Assembly: GCA_040381215.1 (NCBI GenBank)
Contig: JBEIHO010000012.1
Location: 1,236 to 65,235 of the forward strand
DNA length: 64,000 nucleotides
From: Alphaproteobacteria bacterium
GTDB taxonomy: Bacteria; Pseudomonadota; Alphaproteobacteria; Micropepsales; Micropepsaceae
Direction: 5' to 3'
The notes under the pieces were generated by a model, which searched no databases, was not told where the DNA came from, and saw only the letters and a program-made list of their open reading frames with translations. Below, in pieces: positions 1 through 10,527 of the stretch (positions are counted from its first letter, which is position 1; every line of letters begins with the position of its first letter). The position numbers and the translations under genes were made by a program.

Positions 1-26
1 AGAAGGCCGAGAAGTCGGACGAATAA
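1..26 (+). CDS. 3' end of an upstream CDS (…KAEKSDE*); possibly rpsA by rpsA-ihfB synteny
   Basis: In-frame codons from nt 3 end at TAA 24-26 and are followed by a strong terminator. Only 7 codons are visible, so identity rests on synteny alone. Confidence 0.3.
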
Positions 27-59
27 TCCGACCCATCGCACTTGCAGCATCAGAACGAA

Positions 60-83
60 GGGGCGGCGAAAGCCGCCCCTTTT
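60..83 (+). terminator. Rho-independent terminator
   Basis: ggggcggc-gaaa-gccgcccc stem-loop (8 bp, GNRA-like loop) followed by tttt. Confidence 0.65.
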
Positions 84-222
84 CGTTGCCGGAAGGGGAA
101 AAACGCTTGTTTCATAAGACCTTGGGCGCTGAAATCCTTGACCGTCCGGGCATCCCTTGGAAGACTCCGCACCAGCAGGCCACAAGCCTTGTCACCGGCG
201 CCGCCTCGGAGAAGACCACGCG

Positions 223-540
223 ATGATCAAGTCGGAACTCGTGCAGAAACTCGCCGAGCAGAACCCGCATCTGTTCCAGCGTGACATCGAGAAGATCGTG
301 GCCACCATCTTCGGAGAAATCGCAAAGGCCCTCGCAACGGGCGACAGGGTCGAGCTCCGCGGCTTCGGCGCCTTCTCGGTCAAGTCGCGCCCCGCACGCT
401 CGGGACGCAATCCGCGCACCGGCCAGACGGTGTCCGTGGCAGCCAAGCACGTGCCGTTCTTCAAGACCGGCAAGGAACTGCGCGACCGGCTGAACCGGCA
501 CAAACCCGATCCGGCAGCACAAACCCTCTCCGACGATTAG
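223..540 (+). CDS. ihfB: Integration host factor beta subunit
   Basis: ORF 157..540 trimmed to the ATG at 223. [11 protein letters not shown]…[13 protein letters not shown]…GRNPRTGQ…[15 protein letters not shown] matches the HU/IHF fold and the IHF-beta pattern. Confidence 0.9.
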   Translation: MIKSELVQKLAEQNPHLFQRDIEKIVATIFGEIAKALATGDRVELRGFGAFSVKSRPARSGRNPRTGQTVSVAAKHVPFFKTGKELRDRLNRHKPDPAAQTLSDD

Positions 541-570
541 CCCGCCCCACCCTTCCAAACGAGGCCCAGG

Positions 571-912
571 ATGACCAGCCTGTTCAGGACCTTCTTCTTC
601 TGGACCCTGGCCCTCGGCGTCGCCGCGCTCGCCGTCGCCAACCGCGACGCCACGCAGCTGTCCCTCGACCCCTTCAGCGCCACGACGCCCGCAGTGGCTT
701 TCCAGCTGCCGCTGTTCTGGATCATCCTGGGTGCCGCCCTCATCGGCATCGTCCTCGGCGGCTGGTCAACCTGGCTCGCCCAGGCGCCCCTGCGACGCGC
801 GATCCGCGACCGCGAGGAGCGCATCCGCCGCCTCGAGCGGGAACTCGAGGCCGCACAATCCATCATCGTGCGCCCGGCAACCGCGAGCAGCGCGATCGCC
901 CGGCGCGGATAA
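571..912 (+). CDS. LapA-domain (DUF1049) inner-membrane protein
   Basis: 113 aa with two hydrophobic helices and a basic coiled C-terminus (RRAIRDREERIRRLERELE). The position downstream of ihfB is typical for alphaproteobacteria. Confidence 0.6.
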   Translation: MTSLFRTFFFWTLALGVAALAVANRDATQLSLDPFSATTPAVAFQLPLFWIILGAALIGIVLGGWSTWLAQAPLRRAIRDREERIRRLERELEAAQSIIVRPATASSAIARRG

Positions 913-967
913 GCCCGGCTCCTCGTTGCAGTTGCCAGCCCCGCCCGGCGCTGCCTATAAGCCACGC

Positions 968-1684
968 ATGACCCCAGCATTTCGCAGCCCCGTCTATTGC
1001 GCCCTCGACACCACCGATATCGGCAAGGCGAAGGCGCTCGCATCGGCCATCAAGCCCTGGGTCGGCGGCATCAAGCTCGGCCTCGAGTTCTTCAACGCGA
1101 ACGGCCCGCAAGGCATCGCGAGCATCGCCGAACTGGGCCTGCCCGTCTTCGCCGACCTCAAGATGCATGACATCCCCAACACGGTGGCCGGCGGCATCCG
1201 CGCCGTGCTGCCGCTCGGCGTCTCGATCGTCAATGTTCACGCCAGCGGCGGCCGCGCCATGATGAAGGCCGCAGCCGAAGCCGCCGCAACTGCAGGCCCC
1301 CGCCGCCCCAAGGTCATTGCCGTCACGGTGCTGACCAGCATGGACGAGGCCGATCTGAACGAGACCGGCGTGCCCGGCGCACCGGCCGCGCAGGTCATCC
1401 GCCTTGCAACGCTCGCCCGCGACGCCGGCATCGACGGTGTCGTCTGCAGCGCCCACGAGATCGAGCCCCTGCGCAAGGCCTTGGGCCCGGACTTCATGCT
1501 CGTGGTCCCTGGCATCAGGCCTGCAGGCGCCGACACCGGCGACCAGAAGCGAATCATGACGCCGGCTGAGGCCGTCAGGCGCGGGGCCGACTGGCTGGTG
1601 ATCGGACGCCCCATCACCGGCGCGCCCGACCCCGCAGCCGCAGCGCGTGCCATCCACGACGAGCTGCTGCGCGCCAACGCATGA
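968..1684 (+). CDS. pyrF: Orotidine 5'-phosphate decarboxylase
   Basis: ORF 731..1684 trimmed to the ATG at 968. VYCALDT…IKLGLEFF…FADLKMHDIPNTV…VNVHASGG…LVIGRPIT motifs. ATGA overlap with trpF. Confidence 0.9.
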   Translation: MTPAFRSPVYCALDTTDIGKAKALASAIKPWVGGIKLGLEFFNANGPQGIASIAELGLPVFADLKMHDIPNTVAGGIRAVLPLGVSIVNVHASGGRAMMKAAAEAAATAGPRRPKVIAVTVLTSMDEADLNETGVPGAPAAQVIRLATLARDAGIDGVVCSAHEIEPLRKALGPDFMLVVPGIRPAGADTGDQKRIMTPAEAVRRGADWLVIGRPITGAPDPAAAARAIHDELLRANA

Positions 1685-2331
1685 ACGGCGCCATCAAGAT
1701 CTGCGGCATCAGCACGCCAGAGGCCTTCGATTGCGCCGCTCGCGCAGGCGCAACCCATGCAGGCTTCGTCTTCTACGCGCCAAGTCCGCGCCACATCGCA
1801 CCGGCAGCAGCCGCAGCCATCGCCCGTCGCAGCCCCGCCGTGAAGTCCGTCGCCCTCACCGTCGACGCGACCGATGACGAGCTGTCGGCCATCCTTGGCG
1901 CATTCACGCCCGACCTGCTGCAGCTGCACGGCCACGAGCCCCCGGACCGCGTCCAGGAGATCCGCGCCCGCTTTGCACGTCCCGTCATGAAAGCAATCCC
2001 CATCGCCGGCCCCGACGACCTCGCCACCGCGCGCCGCTATGAGGCTGTGACCGACGTCCTGTTGTTCGATGCAGCCCCCCGGGACCTGCCCGGCGGCAAC
2101 GGCGTCACCTTCGACTGGTCGCTTCTGGCAGGCACCACCTGGCGCAAGCCCTGGTTCCTGTCGGGCGGCCTGACGCCCGAAAATGTGGCAGATGCGATTT
2201 ACCAAACGAGGCCAGGCGGCGTTGACGTATCGTCAGGTGTCGAGCGCACGCGTGGCATCAAGGACAATGCAAGCATCGAAGCATTTATCGCAAGCGCCCG
2301 GCACGCATTCAGTGCTATCGCTGCACCCTAA
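1681..2331 (+). CDS. trpF: Phosphoribosylanthranilate isomerase
   Basis: MNGAIKICGIS…HAGFVFY…LQLHG…LSGGLTPENV pattern. Lies upstream of trpB-trpA. Confidence 0.9.
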   Translation: MNGAIKICGISTPEAFDCAARAGATHAGFVFYAPSPRHIAPAAAAAIARRSPAVKSVALTVDATDDELSAILGAFTPDLLQLHGHEPPDRVQEIRARFARPVMKAIPIAGPDDLATARRYEAVTDVLLFDAAPRDLPGGNGVTFDWSLLAGTTWRKPWFLSGGLTPENVADAIYQTRPGGVDVSSGVERTRGIKDNASIEAFIASARHAFSAIAAP

Positions 2332-2346
2332 CCTCTGGCACAGCGC

Positions 2347-3567
2347 ATGAACACGTCTCAAAGGCCCAACTCCTTCCGGACAGGTCCGGACGACCACGGA
2401 CACTTCGGCATCTTCGGCGGCCGCTATGTCGCCGAGACACTGATGCCGCTGATCCTCGACCTTGAAAAGGCATACAACGCCGCCAAGGCCGATCCCTCCT
2501 TCCAGGCCGAGCTCGATGATTTCCTGGAGCACTATGTAGGCCGCCCCTCGCCGCTTTATTTCGCCGAGCGCCTGACCGCCCACTGGGGCGGGCCGAAGAT
2601 CTGGTTCAAGCGCGACGAGCTGAACCACACCGGCGCCCACAAGATCAACAACTGCATGGGCCAGATCCTGCTCGCCCGCCGCATGGGCAAGAAGCGCATC
2701 ATCGCCGAGACAGGCGCCGGCCAGCATGGCGTCGCAACCGCAACCGTCGCCGCACGCTTCGGCCTGCCTTGCATCGTCTACATGGGCGAGGAAGACATGA
2801 AGCGGCAGATGCCGAACGTCTTCCGCATGCGCCTGCTTGGCGCCGAGGTCATCCCCGTCACGTCGGGTTCGAAGACCTTGAAGGACGCGATGAACGAGGC
2901 CTTGCGCGACTGGGTCGCCAACGTCGAGAGCACCTTCTACATCATTGGCACCGTCGCCGGTCCCCATCCCTACCCGGCGATGGTCCGCGACTTCCAGTCG
3001 GTCATCGGTCGCGAAGCCCGCGCCCAGATGCTCAAGGCCGAAGGCCGTCTCCCGGACGCCGCCGTGGCCTGCATCGGCGGCGGCTCCAATGCGATGGGCC
3101 TCTTCTATCCTTTCCTCGACGATGCCAGCGTCGCGCTCTACGGCGTCGAGGCCGCAGGCCTTGGCATCGAAACGGGCAAGCACGCCGCCTCTCTGGCAGG
3201 CGGCCGCCCGGGCGTCCTGCACGGCAACCGCACCTACCTGCTGCAGGATGACGACGGCCAGATCATCGAGGCCCACTCGATCTCGGCCGGCCTCGACTAT
3301 CCCGGCATCGGCCCCGAGCACGCCTGGCTGCACGACATGAAGCGCGTGAACTACGTTTCCGCCACCGACCAGGAAGCGCTCGACGCCTTCCAGCTCTGCG
3401 CCCGCCAGGAAGGCATTCTCCCCGCGCTCGAGCCCGCGCACGCGCTGGCCTTCACCGGCAAGCTCGCCGCCACGATGCGCAAGGACCAGACGATCCTGAT
3501 GAACCTCTGCGGCCGTGGCGACAAGGACATCTTCGCCATCGCCGAGCATTTGGGAACAAAGCTGTGA
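2347..3567 (+). CDS. trpB: Tryptophan synthase beta chain
   Basis: 406 aa. [31 protein letters not shown]-type motif ([14 protein letters not shown]), GGGSNAMG. Confidence 0.96.
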   Translation: MNTSQRPNSFRTGPDDHGHFGIFGGRYVAETLMPLILDLEKAYNAAKADPSFQAELDDFLEHYVGRPSPLYFAERLTAHWGGPKIWFKRDELNHTGAHKINNCMGQILLARRMGKKRIIAETGAGQHGVATATVAARFGLPCIVYMGEEDMKRQMPNVFRMRLLGAEVIPVTSGSKTLKDAMNEALRDWVANVESTFYIIGTVAGPHPYPAMVRDFQSVIGREARAQMLKAEGRLPDAAVACIGGGSNAMGLFYPFLDDASVALYGVEAAGLGIETGKHAASLAGGRPGVLHGNRTYLLQDDDGQIIEAHSISAGLDYPGIGPEHAWLHDMKRVNYVSATDQEALDAFQLCARQEGILPALEPAHALAFTGKLAATMRKDQTILMNLCGRGDKDIFAIAEHLGTKL

Positions 3568-4388
3568 GCCGGATACCTGCCCGCTTCGCCGAGCTGAAAA
3601 AGCAGAACCGTGCAGCGTTCATCGCCTTCATCTCGGCAGGCGACCCAAACTATGAGACCTCGCTCGAGATCTTCCGCGGCCTGCCCGCCGCCGGTGCCGA
3701 CATCATCGAGCTCGGCATGCCCTTCACCGACCCCATGGCCGAAGGCCCGGCCATCCAGGCCTCGTCTCTTCGCGCGCTGCAGGCCGGACAGACCATGGCC
3801 CGCACGCTGCAGATGGTGCGCGAGTTCCGCAAGCAGGATGAACGCACGCCCGTCGTGCTGATGGGCTACTACAACCCCGTCTACGCCTACGGGGTGGAAC
3901 GCTTTGCAACCGACGCCGCCGCGGCAGGCGTCGACGGCTTGATCATCGTCGACCTGCCGCCCGAGGAAGACCAGGAACTGCGCCTGCCGGCCGCGCGCGC
4001 CGGGCTCGACCTGATCCGCCTGGCCACGCCCACGACCGACGACAAACGCCTGCCGGCCGTCCTGAACGGCGCGACGGGCTTCCTTTACTACGTCTCGATC
4101 ATGGGCGTGACCGGCACCAAGACGATTGCCACCGACGAGGTTGCTGCCTCGCTCGCCCGCATCCGCGCCGCCACCGACCTGCCGGTAGCCGTGGGCTTCG
4201 GCATCAAGACCGAAGCAGATGCGCAAAAGGTTGCCAGGATCGCTGACGCCGCCGTCGTTGGCTCCGCATTAGTGGCGGAAATAAGCCAGTTTTCTGGCCC
4301 GGATGGTAAAAATGTCGCGGGGGCGGTAAAAGCTGTGTTAGACTTGTCCCGTCGACTCGCTGGTGCAGCGCACAACGCTCGCTTATGA
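3564..4388 (+). CDS. trpA: Tryptophan synthase alpha chain
   Basis: GTG start overlapping the trpB stop (GTGA). [11 protein letters not shown]…[16 protein letters not shown]…[10 protein letters not shown]. Confidence 0.95.
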   Translation: MSRIPARFAELKKQNRAAFIAFISAGDPNYETSLEIFRGLPAAGADIIELGMPFTDPMAEGPAIQASSLRALQAGQTMARTLQMVREFRKQDERTPVVLMGYYNPVYAYGVERFATDAAAAGVDGLIIVDLPPEEDQELRLPAARAGLDLIRLATPTTDDKRLPAVLNGATGFLYYVSIMGVTGTKTIATDEVAASLARIRAATDLPVAVGFGIKTEADAQKVARIADAAVVGSALVAEISQFSGPDGKNVAGAVKAVLDLSRRLAGAAHNARL

Positions 4389-4435
4389 AGTCGTCAAGCA
4401 GTGATGCGTTTAGTTAACAGTCGGTAAGCCTCGGT

Positions 4436-5404
4436 ATGAACTGGATCACGAACTTCGTCCGCCCGAAGGTCAAGTCGCTCTGGAGCGCCAAGCCCGAGAC
4501 ACCTGACAATCTGTGGAAAAAGTGCCCCGGTTGCCAGGGCATGATTTTCCACCGCGACCTCGACGCCGCGCAGTTCGTCTGCATGCACTGCGACCACCAC
4601 CTCAAGATCGGCAACAATGCGCGCCTGAAGCTGCTCTTCGACGAAAGCGTCTGGGACGACATCGCCCTGCCGGAAGTACCGATCGATCCCCTCAAGTTCA
4701 AGGACGAGAAGCGCTACGCCGACCGCCTGCGCGAGGCGCGGTCCAAGACCGGCGAGATGGACGCCATCAAGGCCGCGCGCGGCCTCGTCAATGGTGTCCG
4801 CACGACCGTGGCGATCCAGAGCTTCGAGTTCATGGGCGGCTCGCTCGGCATGGCGGTGGGCGAAGGCATCATCGCAGCCATGAAGGCAGCCATCGAGCAC
4901 CGCACACCCTTCGTGCTGTTCACCGCCTCCGGCGGCGCCCGCATGCAGGAGGGCATCCTGTCCCTGATGCAGATGCCGCGCGTCACGATCGCCGTGCAGA
5001 TGCTGCGCGAGGCCGGCCTGCCCTACATTGTCTTCCACACCGACCCAACCACGGGCGGCGTGACGGCGTCCTACGCCATGCTGGGCGACATCCACATGGC
5101 CGAGCCCGGCGCCCTCATCGGCTTTGCCGGCCCGCGCGTCATCGAGAACACGATCCGCCAGAAGCTCCCCGAGGGCTTCCAGCGGTCGGAGTATCTCAAC
5201 GACCACGGCATGGTCGACATGGTGGTGCACCGCCACAAGATGCGTGAAACGCTGGGCCGCACCCTCAAGCTCCTGACACGCAAGGCCAGCCGCGCTGTCT
5301 CCATCCGCTCGGCCTACGAAGTCGGCCCCTATGCCGTGCCGACAATGCAAGGCAGCGCCACGCAGGTCTACGACCTCTCGAATCCCAAACAGCCGACGGC
5401 ATGA
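4436..5404 (+). CDS. accD: Acetyl-CoA carboxylase carboxyltransferase beta subunit
   Basis: [11 protein letters not shown]…CPGC…CMHCDHH zinc ribbon followed by a carboxyltransferase domain (FMGGSLG). Confidence 0.95.
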   Translation: MNWITNFVRPKVKSLWSAKPETPDNLWKKCPGCQGMIFHRDLDAAQFVCMHCDHHLKIGNNARLKLLFDESVWDDIALPEVPIDPLKFKDEKRYADRLREARSKTGEMDAIKAARGLVNGVRTTVAIQSFEFMGGSLGMAVGEGIIAAMKAAIEHRTPFVLFTASGGARMQEGILSLMQMPRVTIAVQMLREAGLPYIVFHTDPTTGGVTASYAMLGDIHMAEPGALIGFAGPRVIENTIRQKLPEGFQRSEYLNDHGMVDMVVHRHKMRETLGRTLKLLTRKASRAVSIRSAYEVGPYAVPTMQGSATQVYDLSNPKQPTA

Positions 5405-6729
5405 GCAAGCCTGCCGGCAGTGACCAGGCGAGCGATGCCATCCTCGCCCGCCTCACCGCGCTGCACCCGAAGCTGATCGACCTGTCGCTGGGCCGCATCG
5501 AGGCCCTTCTCGAGAAACTGGGAAGCCCGCACAAGCGCCTGCCGCCAGTCATCCACGTGGCCGGCACGAACGGAAAGGGTTCCACCTGCGCCTTCCTGCG
5601 CGCCATGCTCGAGGCCGAGGGAAAGCGCGTGCATGTCTATGCCTCGCCACACCTCGTCCGCTTCCACGAGCGCATCCGCCTCGGCGGCAAGCTCATCGAC
5701 GAGGACGAGCTCGCAGCCCTGCTCGAGGAATGCGAGGACCGCAACGCCGGCGCCCCGATCACCTTCTTCGAGATCACGACGGCAGCGGCCATGCTGGCCT
5801 TCACGCGCCACAAGGCCGACGCCCTGATCTTGGAGGTAGGCCTCGGCGGACGCTTCGACGCGACCAACGTCATTGCGCGGCCCGCGGCGACCGTGATCAC
5901 CCCGGTCGACCTCGACCACCAATCCTATCTCGGTACCACCATCGCCGAGATCGCCGGAGAAAAGGCCGGCATCATCAAGCCGGGTGTGCCCTGCATCGTG
6001 GGTCCGCAATCCGATGACGCGCGCGACGTGATCGAACGGCGCGCCTCGGCCCTCGGCGCGCCGCTCTGGATCTGGGGACAGGATTTCATGGCCCATGAGG
6101 AACATCGCCGCATGGTCTACCAGGACGAAAGCGGCCTGATGGACCTGCCGATGCCCCGCCTGCCCGGCGCCCACCAGATCGTCAACGCCGCCGTCGCCAT
6201 CGCGACCTTGCGCCGCCAGCAGGCCCTCCGCGTATCCGACCGCTCCATGGAAGACGGCTTGATGACGGTCGAATGGCCGGCCCGCATGCAGCGCTTGACC
6301 CGCGGCCCGCTCGTGGCGGCGGCCCCCGCCGACGCCGAACTCTGGCTCGACGGCGCACATAATCCGCACGGCGCCCGTGCGCTCGCCCATGCCCTCGCCG
6401 ATCTCGAGGAACGCACGCCGCGCCCGCTCTACCTGGTTTGCGGCATGCTGCAGACGAAGGAGGCTTCGGGCTACTTCCAGGCCTTCCGGGGCCTCGCCCG
6501 TGCCGTGACCACCGTCGCCATTCCCGGTGACGCGCTGAGCCAGGGCGCAGGCCAGCTCTATGACGCAGCAACCGCTGCCGGCCTCGAAGCCTACCCGGCA
6601 ACCTCGCTGGAAGATGCCATGATGCAGATCGAGGGGCGCCACGCGCTTTCAAACGCGACAGCCGCCCCTCGGATTGTCATCTGCGGATCCCTCCACCTCG
6701 CCGGCGTCGTGCTCCGCGAAAATGGATGA
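5401..6729 (+). CDS. folC: Bifunctional folylpolyglutamate synthase/dihydrofolate synthase
   Basis: ATGA overlap with acc[13 protein letters not shown]-loop, Mur-ligase-type layout, and accD-folC synteny. Confidence 0.9.
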   Translation: MSKPAGSDQASDAILARLTALHPKLIDLSLGRIEALLEKLGSPHKRLPPVIHVAGTNGKGSTCAFLRAMLEAEGKRVHVYASPHLVRFHERIRLGGKLIDEDELAALLEECEDRNAGAPITFFEITTAAAMLAFTRHKADALILEVGLGGRFDATNVIARPAATVITPVDLDHQSYLGTTIAEIAGEKAGIIKPGVPCIVGPQSDDARDVIERRASALGAPLWIWGQDFMAHEEHRRMVYQDESGLMDLPMPRLPGAHQIVNAAVAIATLRRQQALRVSDRSMEDGLMTVEWPARMQRLTRGPLVAAAPADAELWLDGAHNPHGARALAHALADLEERTPRPLYLVCGMLQTKEASGYFQAFRGLARAVTTVAIPGDALSQGAGQLYDAATAAGLEAYPATSLEDAMMQIEGRHALSNATAAPRIVICGSLHLAGVVLRENG

Positions 6730-7047
6730 TCAGATCGTCTGCTCGATCCACTCCTTGATCTTCTGCTTGGGCATCGCACCGATCTTCGTCGCGGCCACCT
6801 GACCACCCTTGAAGATCATCAGCGTGGGAATGCCGCGCACGCCGTACTTGCCGGGCACGCCGGGGTTTTCGTCGATGTTCAGCTTGACGATCTCGATCTT
6901 GCCGCCGAGTTCCTTGGCAAGCTCCTCGATCGCAGGGCTGATCTGGCGGCACGGGCCGCACCATTCAGCCCAGAAATCGACCAGCACGGGCTTGGACGCG
7001 CCAAGCACATCGCGGTCAAAACTCGCGTCAGTCACCTTTGCAGACAT
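6730..7047 (-). CDS. trxA: Thioredoxin
   Basis: 105 aa with the WAEWCGPC active site. Confidence 0.96.
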   Translation of the reverse strand: MSAKVTDASFDRDVLGASKPVLVDFWAEWCGPCRQISPAIEELAKELGGKIEIVKLNIDENPGVPGKYGVRGIPTLMIFKGGQVAATKIGAMPKQKIKEWIEQTI

Positions 7048-7086
7048 GCAGGAAATCCTCTCGGGAAATGGCAGGTTAATGCCAAT

Positions 7087-10000
7087 CTAGGAACCCGCCC
7101 CTGCGGGGTCAAGGACACGCTCGCAGCCATCGACAAGCGCTGCGGGAACCTCCATCAGGCGCGGCGCAACGGTCCAGAGAATTCCGCAGGAAACAGCCCT
7201 GCCCGGAAAGAGCCCCTGCAGCGCCTTGCGATAGAGCGCCAACTGCCGCAGGTAGCCCGGCCGTATGCCTGCAGGATCGGCAGGCACCATCCGGTCGGTC
7301 TTGAACTCAACCACCAGCACCTCGCGGTCCCCGACGACCACGCGGTCGAGCCGGCCGGGAAAGCGAAAGCGCTGCCCCTGCCATGACACCCGGCCCCTCA
7401 GGTCAACCTCGCCAAAGGATCCCGGGCCGAACAGCGAAACAAATTCGGGGGCGCCACGAACCCTGAGGACTTCCTCGACCACCGCCGCGACGCTGCCGGG
7501 TTCGACAAGCGGGCGAACGACCTCGCGCACCCGCAGGCCCCAGGTTTCGGCAGGCGCGCTGGCAACCGCCTCGAGCGCCTTGTGCACCGCCGAACCAAGA
7601 TCCATCGCCGGCAGCCGCGCACCGGACGCGTAGTTCAGGCTGAGCGAGCGCTCCACGCGCTCCGATGCCGTGATCTCGGCCTCCTCGCGCTCGCCAGCCG
7701 CCGGAACCAGCGCCCACGCAGGCAACGCCGCCGACAGCGTCAGCGGCGCCGCAGCCACCGCCGGCGCGCCGGCATCCGCACAACCCGGCAACGCGCCGAA
7801 GCGCAGGCCTTCCCCGCCACTTTCATCGGGAAAGGAAACCGCATTCAGCCGTTTCATGGCCGAGGCCACGATCTCGTACCAGTTGCGCTCTGTGCCGCTA
7901 CGCTTCTTGGGAACATGCCCGCACACATGCAGCTGGTCGCGCGGGCGCGTCAGCGCCACATAAAGCAGGCGACGATATTCGCACATGCGCTCGACCCGCC
8001 CCCGCTCGCGCGCCGCACGCCTTACCGGCTCGTCCCATTGCTTCTCGATCTTCCAGAGCGGTGCGCCATCGGCCTGCAGCAATTCATCGTCATGCCGCCC
8101 GTGTTCCGGCGTGGAGAAGGAATCAGGCAGGATCACGATCGGCGCCTCGAGCCCCTTCGATCCATGCACCGTCAAGACGCGCACCGCGCCATCACTGCGG
8201 TCCTGGTCGCGCTTGATCTCGGTCTCGGCATGCTCCAGCACATGCAGGAACGCCTCGAGTGACGGCGTGTGCATGCGGCCAAATTCAAGCGCCGCCCCCA
8301 TGAACTCCTCGATCGGGTCCGCCGCATCGAGGCCCAGGCGCCCCATCATGCGCGTCCATCCCCCCATGGGCCCGAGAATGGTCGCATAGAACTCGTAGGG
8401 TTGCAGATGATCAGCCATCGCATGCAGCCGCTCGAGGAAGCCGTGCACGGCCGACCAAGCCGGATCGTCACGCCTCTTCTGCAGCACCGACCACAGCCGA
8501 ACACCCTTGCCGCGACCATGCGCAAGAGAGAACAGGTCGTCCTCGCTCACACCGCAGCACGGCCCGCGCAGCACCGTCGCCAGCGTCAGGTCATCATGCG
8601 GCATGAGCGCAAACCGCCCCAGCGCAATGAGATCCATGACGGCAATATGCTCCGACAGGACAAGCCGGTCGGCACCTGCAACCGGGATCAACAGGCGCTT
8701 GAGCTGGCGGATGATTTCCGAGGCCAGCTTGCCCCGCCGCCGCACCAGGATCATCACATCGCCCGGCGTCATCGGGCGGAGTGCTTTCGTCTCCTTGTCG
8801 TGCACGAGCACGCGCGCACCGATCCACGACTTGATGCGCCGCGCAATGCGCTGCGCCAGCACGGCCGCAGGATCGCTCTCGCTCACCCTGTCGCGCGGTG
8901 CATCCCAGGCGAGGGTCTCCTCGGCCTCGACCTGCTCCTCCAGCGGCCACAACTCCACAAGTCCGGGCATGTCGGAACGGTTCGGCAGGTGAGGCTCGGC
9001 CAGTTCGCCGACAAGCACGCCCTCCGCGACTTCCTTCTCGCGGAACACTTCATCGACAAGCCCCAGGATCGCCGGTGCGGAACGGAAGGAATGGGTCAGC
9101 CGCACGCGCTCGAAGTTCGCCCGTCCGCCGCCCTTGGCAATCTTCTCGATCAGCGACTGCGACTCGATGAACTCGACCGGACGCGCACCCTGGAACGACA
9201 TGATCGACTGCTTGATGTCGCCCACCGCGAACACCGTGCGCTCCTGCGCCTGCCACGGCCGCACGGCACCGGCACCTGCAAAGAACTCGGCAGCAATCGC
9301 ACGCACGACGGCCCACTGGCTCGGACTTGTATCCTGCGCCTCGTCGATCAGGACGTGATCGATGCCGCCGTCGAGCTTGTACAGCACCCACTGCGCACCC
9401 GGGCTTTCGAACAGCGCCGCCGCCCGCGCAATGAGGTCGTCATAGTCAAGCGCCGCGTGGAACACCTTCAGCTCGCGATAAACGCGCAGGATCTCGCCCG
9501 CCAGCAACAGCAGATGCCCCGTCTGTTCGGCGATGCGCAGCGCGTTGCACTTCTGGTGCACCGACCACGCAAGCTGTCCCAGGCGGTCAAGCGGCTCCTC
9601 GATCTCGGGCGCGAGCTTGAGCAGGCCCTTGGTTGGAAACGTCTTGAGCACCTCGCCCTTCTGCGTCAGCAGGCACGCAAGCAGGTCCCGCAGGCGTTCA
9701 GGAGCGGGAGCGGACGCATAGGCGCTGAACGGCCCGGCCTTCTTGGTGTCCGTCGTGCTGCCGCGTACCAGCGCGGCCGCGATGCGCGCCGCAAGCGCTG
9801 CCGGCACCTGTGCCATCGTATCGCGCAGCAAGGCCATCTCATCGGCATAGGCCCCAACCCCCAGCGCCTGGCGCAGGCCATCGCCGATCCCATCCCGGCC
9901 CCATTTGTCGAGGAACGGCTGCACGATGCCCCGCTCATTGATGACTTGCCGGACCAGTTCGTCGAAGCGCGTCTCGCCGGCAAAGACCGTCAGCGCCCGC

Positions 10001-10527
10001 ACGGCCGCAAGCAGGCCCGCATCGCCGGCGATCCCATCGCGCAAGACCCTGTCGCGTGCCTGCGTGAGCAATTCGTCCGTGGCCTGGTCGTCAAGCACGG
10101 TGAACGCAGGCGCCACGCCGGACTCCAGCGGAAAACGCTTGAGCAATCCCTGGCAGAACGAGTGGATTGTCTGGATCCGCAGGCCGCCAGGTGATTCAAG
10201 CGCCTCGGCGAACAAGCGCCGCGCCCGGCCGACCATCTCATCCGACGGAGCCTCGCCTGAAAGCCGGTAGAGCGCCATCTGCAGGTCATCATCCGACATC
10301 AGCGTCCAGCGCCCGAGCTGCTCGAAAAGCCGCACCGACATCTCGGCCGCCGCGGCCTTCGTGAACGTCAGGCACAGCAAGCGGTTGGGAGCGCTTCCCT
10401 CCAGCAGCAGCCGCGCGATCCGGTTGACAAGCACGTGCGTCTTGCCCGACCCGGCATTCGCGGTGACCCAGGCCGACAGGTTCGGCGTCGTGGCCATGCG
10501 CTGGCGAAGCGTTGCATCCTGGTTCAT
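7087..10527 (-). CDS. addA: Double-strand break repair helicase AddA (UvrD/Rep superfamily 1 plus C-terminal nuclease)
   Basis: ANAGSGKTHVL Walker A, DEAQDTS, C-terminal PD-(D/E)XK-like VVVEFKTD. Start set at the ATG that overlaps the addB stop (ATGA). The ORF track allows 10548. Confidence 0.9.
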   Translation of the reverse strand: MNQDATLRQRMATTPNLSAWVTANAGSGKTHVLVNRIARLLLEGSAPNRLLCLTFTKAAAAEMSVRLFEQLGRWTLMSDDDLQMALYRLSGEAPSDEMVGRARRLFAEALESPGGLRIQTIHSFCQGLLKRFPLESGVAPAFTVLDDQATDELLTQARDRVLRDGIAGDAGLLAAVRALTVFAGETRFDELVRQVINERGIVQPFLDKWGRDGIGDGLRQALGVGAYADEMALLRDTMAQVPAALAARIAAALVRGSTTDTKKAGPFSAYASAPAPERLRDLLACLLTQKGEVLKTFPTKGLLKLAPEIEEPLDRLGQLAWSVHQKCNALRIAEQTGHLLLLAGEILRVYRELKVFHAALDYDDLIARAAALFESPGAQWVLYKLDGGIDHVLIDEAQDTSPSQWAVVRAIAAEFFAGAGAVRPWQAQERTVFAVGDIKQSIMSFQGARPVEFIESQSLIEKIAKGGGRANFERVRLTHSFRSAPAILGLVDEVFREKEVAEGVLVGELAEPHLPNRSDMPGLVELWPLEEQVEAEETLAWDAPRDRVSESDPAAVLAQRIARRIKSWIGARVLVHDKETKALRPMTPGDVMILVRRRGKLASEIIRQLKRLLIPVAGADRLVLSEHIAVMDLIALGRFALMPHDDLTLATVLRGPCCGVSEDDLFSLAHGRGKGVRLWSVLQKRRDDPAWSAVHGFLERLHAMADHLQPYEFYATILGPMGGWTRMMGRLGLDAADPIEEFMGAALEFGRMHTPSLEAFLHVLEHAETEIKRDQDRSDGAVRVLTVHGSKGLEAPIVILPDSFSTPEHGRHDDELLQADGAPLWKIEKQWDEPVRRAARERGRVERMCEYRRLLYVALTRPRDQLHVCGHVPKKRSGTERNWYEIVASAMKRLNAVSFPDESGGEGLRFGALPGCADAGAPAVAAAPLTLSAALPAWALVPAAGEREEAEITASERVERSLSLNYASGARLPAMDLGSAVHKALEAVASAPAETWGLRVREVVRPLVEPGSVAAVVEEVLRVRGAPEFVSLFGPGSFGEVDLRGRVSWQGQRFRFPGRLDRVVVGDREVLVVEFKTDRMVPADPAGIRPGYLRQLALYRKALQGLFPGRAVSCGILWTVAPRLMEVPAALVDGCERVLDPAGAGS